Of a stretch of DNA of 64,000 nt, positions 62,788-64,000 are shown piece after piece. The stretch is from Gemmatimonadales bacterium (GTDB taxonomy: Bacteria > Gemmatimonadota > Gemmatimonadetes > Gemmatimonadales > GWC2-71-9): assembly GCA_041577295.1 (NCBI GenBank), contig JBFGJG010000005.1:1-64000 (forward strand). Reading direction: 5' to 3'. Position 1 is the stretch's first letter. Every line of letters starts with the position of its first letter. Both the position numbers and the translations under genes were made by a program. Under the pieces are notes generated by a model that ran no database searches, was not told the origin of the DNA, and saw only the letters and a list, made by a program, of their open reading frames with translations.

Positions 62788-64000
62788 GCCGCCGTCTCCG
62801 CCAGCCGGTGGAGGAGCTCGGGACCCACATCGGTGATGTCCCCAGCACCCAAGGTGAGCACGACGTCTCCCTCTCGCACGAGTTCGCTAATCCGTTTCAC
62901 GAGCTCCTTTCTGTCTGGAGTCCATTCCACCACCGCACCCGCCAGGCGGGCAGCGTCGGCAACGACCGCGCCGGTGACGCCTGGAATCGGGGCCTCCCGC
63001 GCGGGGTAGATGGCCGTAACCAGGGCGACATCTGCCGCCGCCAGCGCAGTCCCGAGCGCCTCACCATGCAACTGGGTCCGCGAGAACAGGTGAGGCTGGA
63101 AGACCGCCACCACACGGGCCCCCGGAAACCGTTGTCGGGCAGCCGCGAGCGTGGCCGACACCTCTGTAGGATGGTGAGCGTAGTCGTCCACCACCGTGAT
63201 CCCTGCACATCGGCCCAGAATCTCGAACCGCCGCCCCACGCCTAGGAAGCCCTCTAGTGACCGGCCGGCGAGGGCGGCGTCATAACCCATCACAACGGCA
63301 ACGCCCACGGCCATCGCCGCATTTCGCACGTTGTGCATCCCCGGAATCGCCACGGTCAGAGCCACTTCCCGGCCTTCCGCCATCACCAGGCGCGCGGACG
63401 AACCAGCGGACGCGGCGCTCGTCTCCGTGATGCGCACGTCCGCGTCAGCATGCACGCCAACCCGCGTGACCGGCCGATCGATCGCGGCTGCGACCCGGCG
63501 CGCACCGGGGTCGTCCCATCCGACCAAAATCTGGTCGGCGTGTGCGGCGAACTCGGCAAAGGCTGCTTCGAGAGCGGACAGCGACCCGTAGCATTCCAGG
63601 TGATCCGCCTCGACGTTGTTGATTACGGCAATCGTGGGCCGGAGTGCGAGGAAGGCCTTGTCGTACTCGTCGGCCTCCACCACAAACACGTCATCACCCC
63701 CGATCCGCACGTTGCCTTCCCACGCCGCCACGCGCCCCCCCACGATCCCGGTCGGGTTGGCACCACAGCCCATCAAGGCCTCGGTGGTCATGGCGGTGGT
63801 AGTCGTCTTGCCATGGGTCCCGCTGATGGCAACCACCGTCCCGCGCTCGACCACCTGCCATAAGGCATCCGCGCGCCGCACGACGGCGACTCCCGCCTCT
63901 CGCGCGGCGACCAGCTCTGGATGATCAGTGGGGACCGCGGCTGTGTGTACGACAGCCCGTGCACCAGCGACGTGGCTGGGGTCGTGCCCGTTGTTCACGC
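62784..64000 (-). CDS. murC: UDP-N-acetylmuramate--L-alanine ligase; 5' end outside window
   Basis: GTHGKTTTT, VVEADEYD, NVEADHL, GVGRRFE, DDYAHHPTEV, FQPHLFSRT, LGAGDI. Confidence 0.95.
   Translation of the reverse strand, partial: VNNGHDPSHVAGARAVVHTAAVPTDHPELVAAREAGVAVVRRADALWQVVERGTVVAISGTHGKTTTTAMTTEALMGCGANPTGIVGGRVAAWEGNVRIGGDDVFVVEADEYDKAFLALRPTIAVINNVEADHLECYGSLSALEAAFAEFAAHADQILVGWDDPGARRVAAAIDRPVTRVGVHADADVRITETSAASAGSSARLVMAEGREVALTVAIPGMHNVRNAAMAVGVAVVMGYDAALAGRSLEGFLGVGRRFEILGRCAGITVVDDYAHHPTEVSATLAAARQRFPGARVVAVFQPHLFSRTQLHGEALGTALAAADVALVTAIYPAREAPIPGVTGAVVADAARLAGAVVEWTPDRKELVKRISELVREGDVVLTLGAGDITDVGPELLHRLAETAA

Overview
GC-rich bacterial chromosomal segment. Gene content suggests Gemmatimonadota (inference from SusC/SusD, a plug-only protein, a stand-alone T9SS-type C-terminal domain and the housekeeping gene order). 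Bases 1-12.5 kb are an accessory envelope block: Zn-metalloprotease (partial), di-heme protein, two lipoproteins, a plug-only protein, a SusC/SusD pair with a long structured upstream region, and a beta-propeller amidohydrolase. Bases 12.5-64 kb are almost all minus-strand, tightly overlapping housekeeping genes: clpB, selB, recO, ahcY, metK, a complete mannose-class PTS with hprK/hpf, nusB, rib genes, purM, argS, methylmalonyl-CoA mutase, fbp, comEC/comFB, miaB/mtaB, cdd, deoB, alr, mazG (+), asnS, phhB (+), recG, ftsY, a hisA-like gene, an M23 peptidase and ftsZ-ftsA-ftsQ-murC. I found no rRNA, tRNA, CRISPR array, IS, integrase or phage gene. The most notable observation is a lone microcompartment vertex (EutN/CcmL) gene coupled to cdd-deoB, a possible link between nucleoside catabolism and a microcompartment. 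Others: a secreted protein that is only a T9SS-like CTD, a probable CTG start for argS, a sigma54-like promoter on clpB, overlapping divergent alr/mazG promoters and near-leaderless mRNAs. All calls come from reading motifs by eye; no database searches were run.
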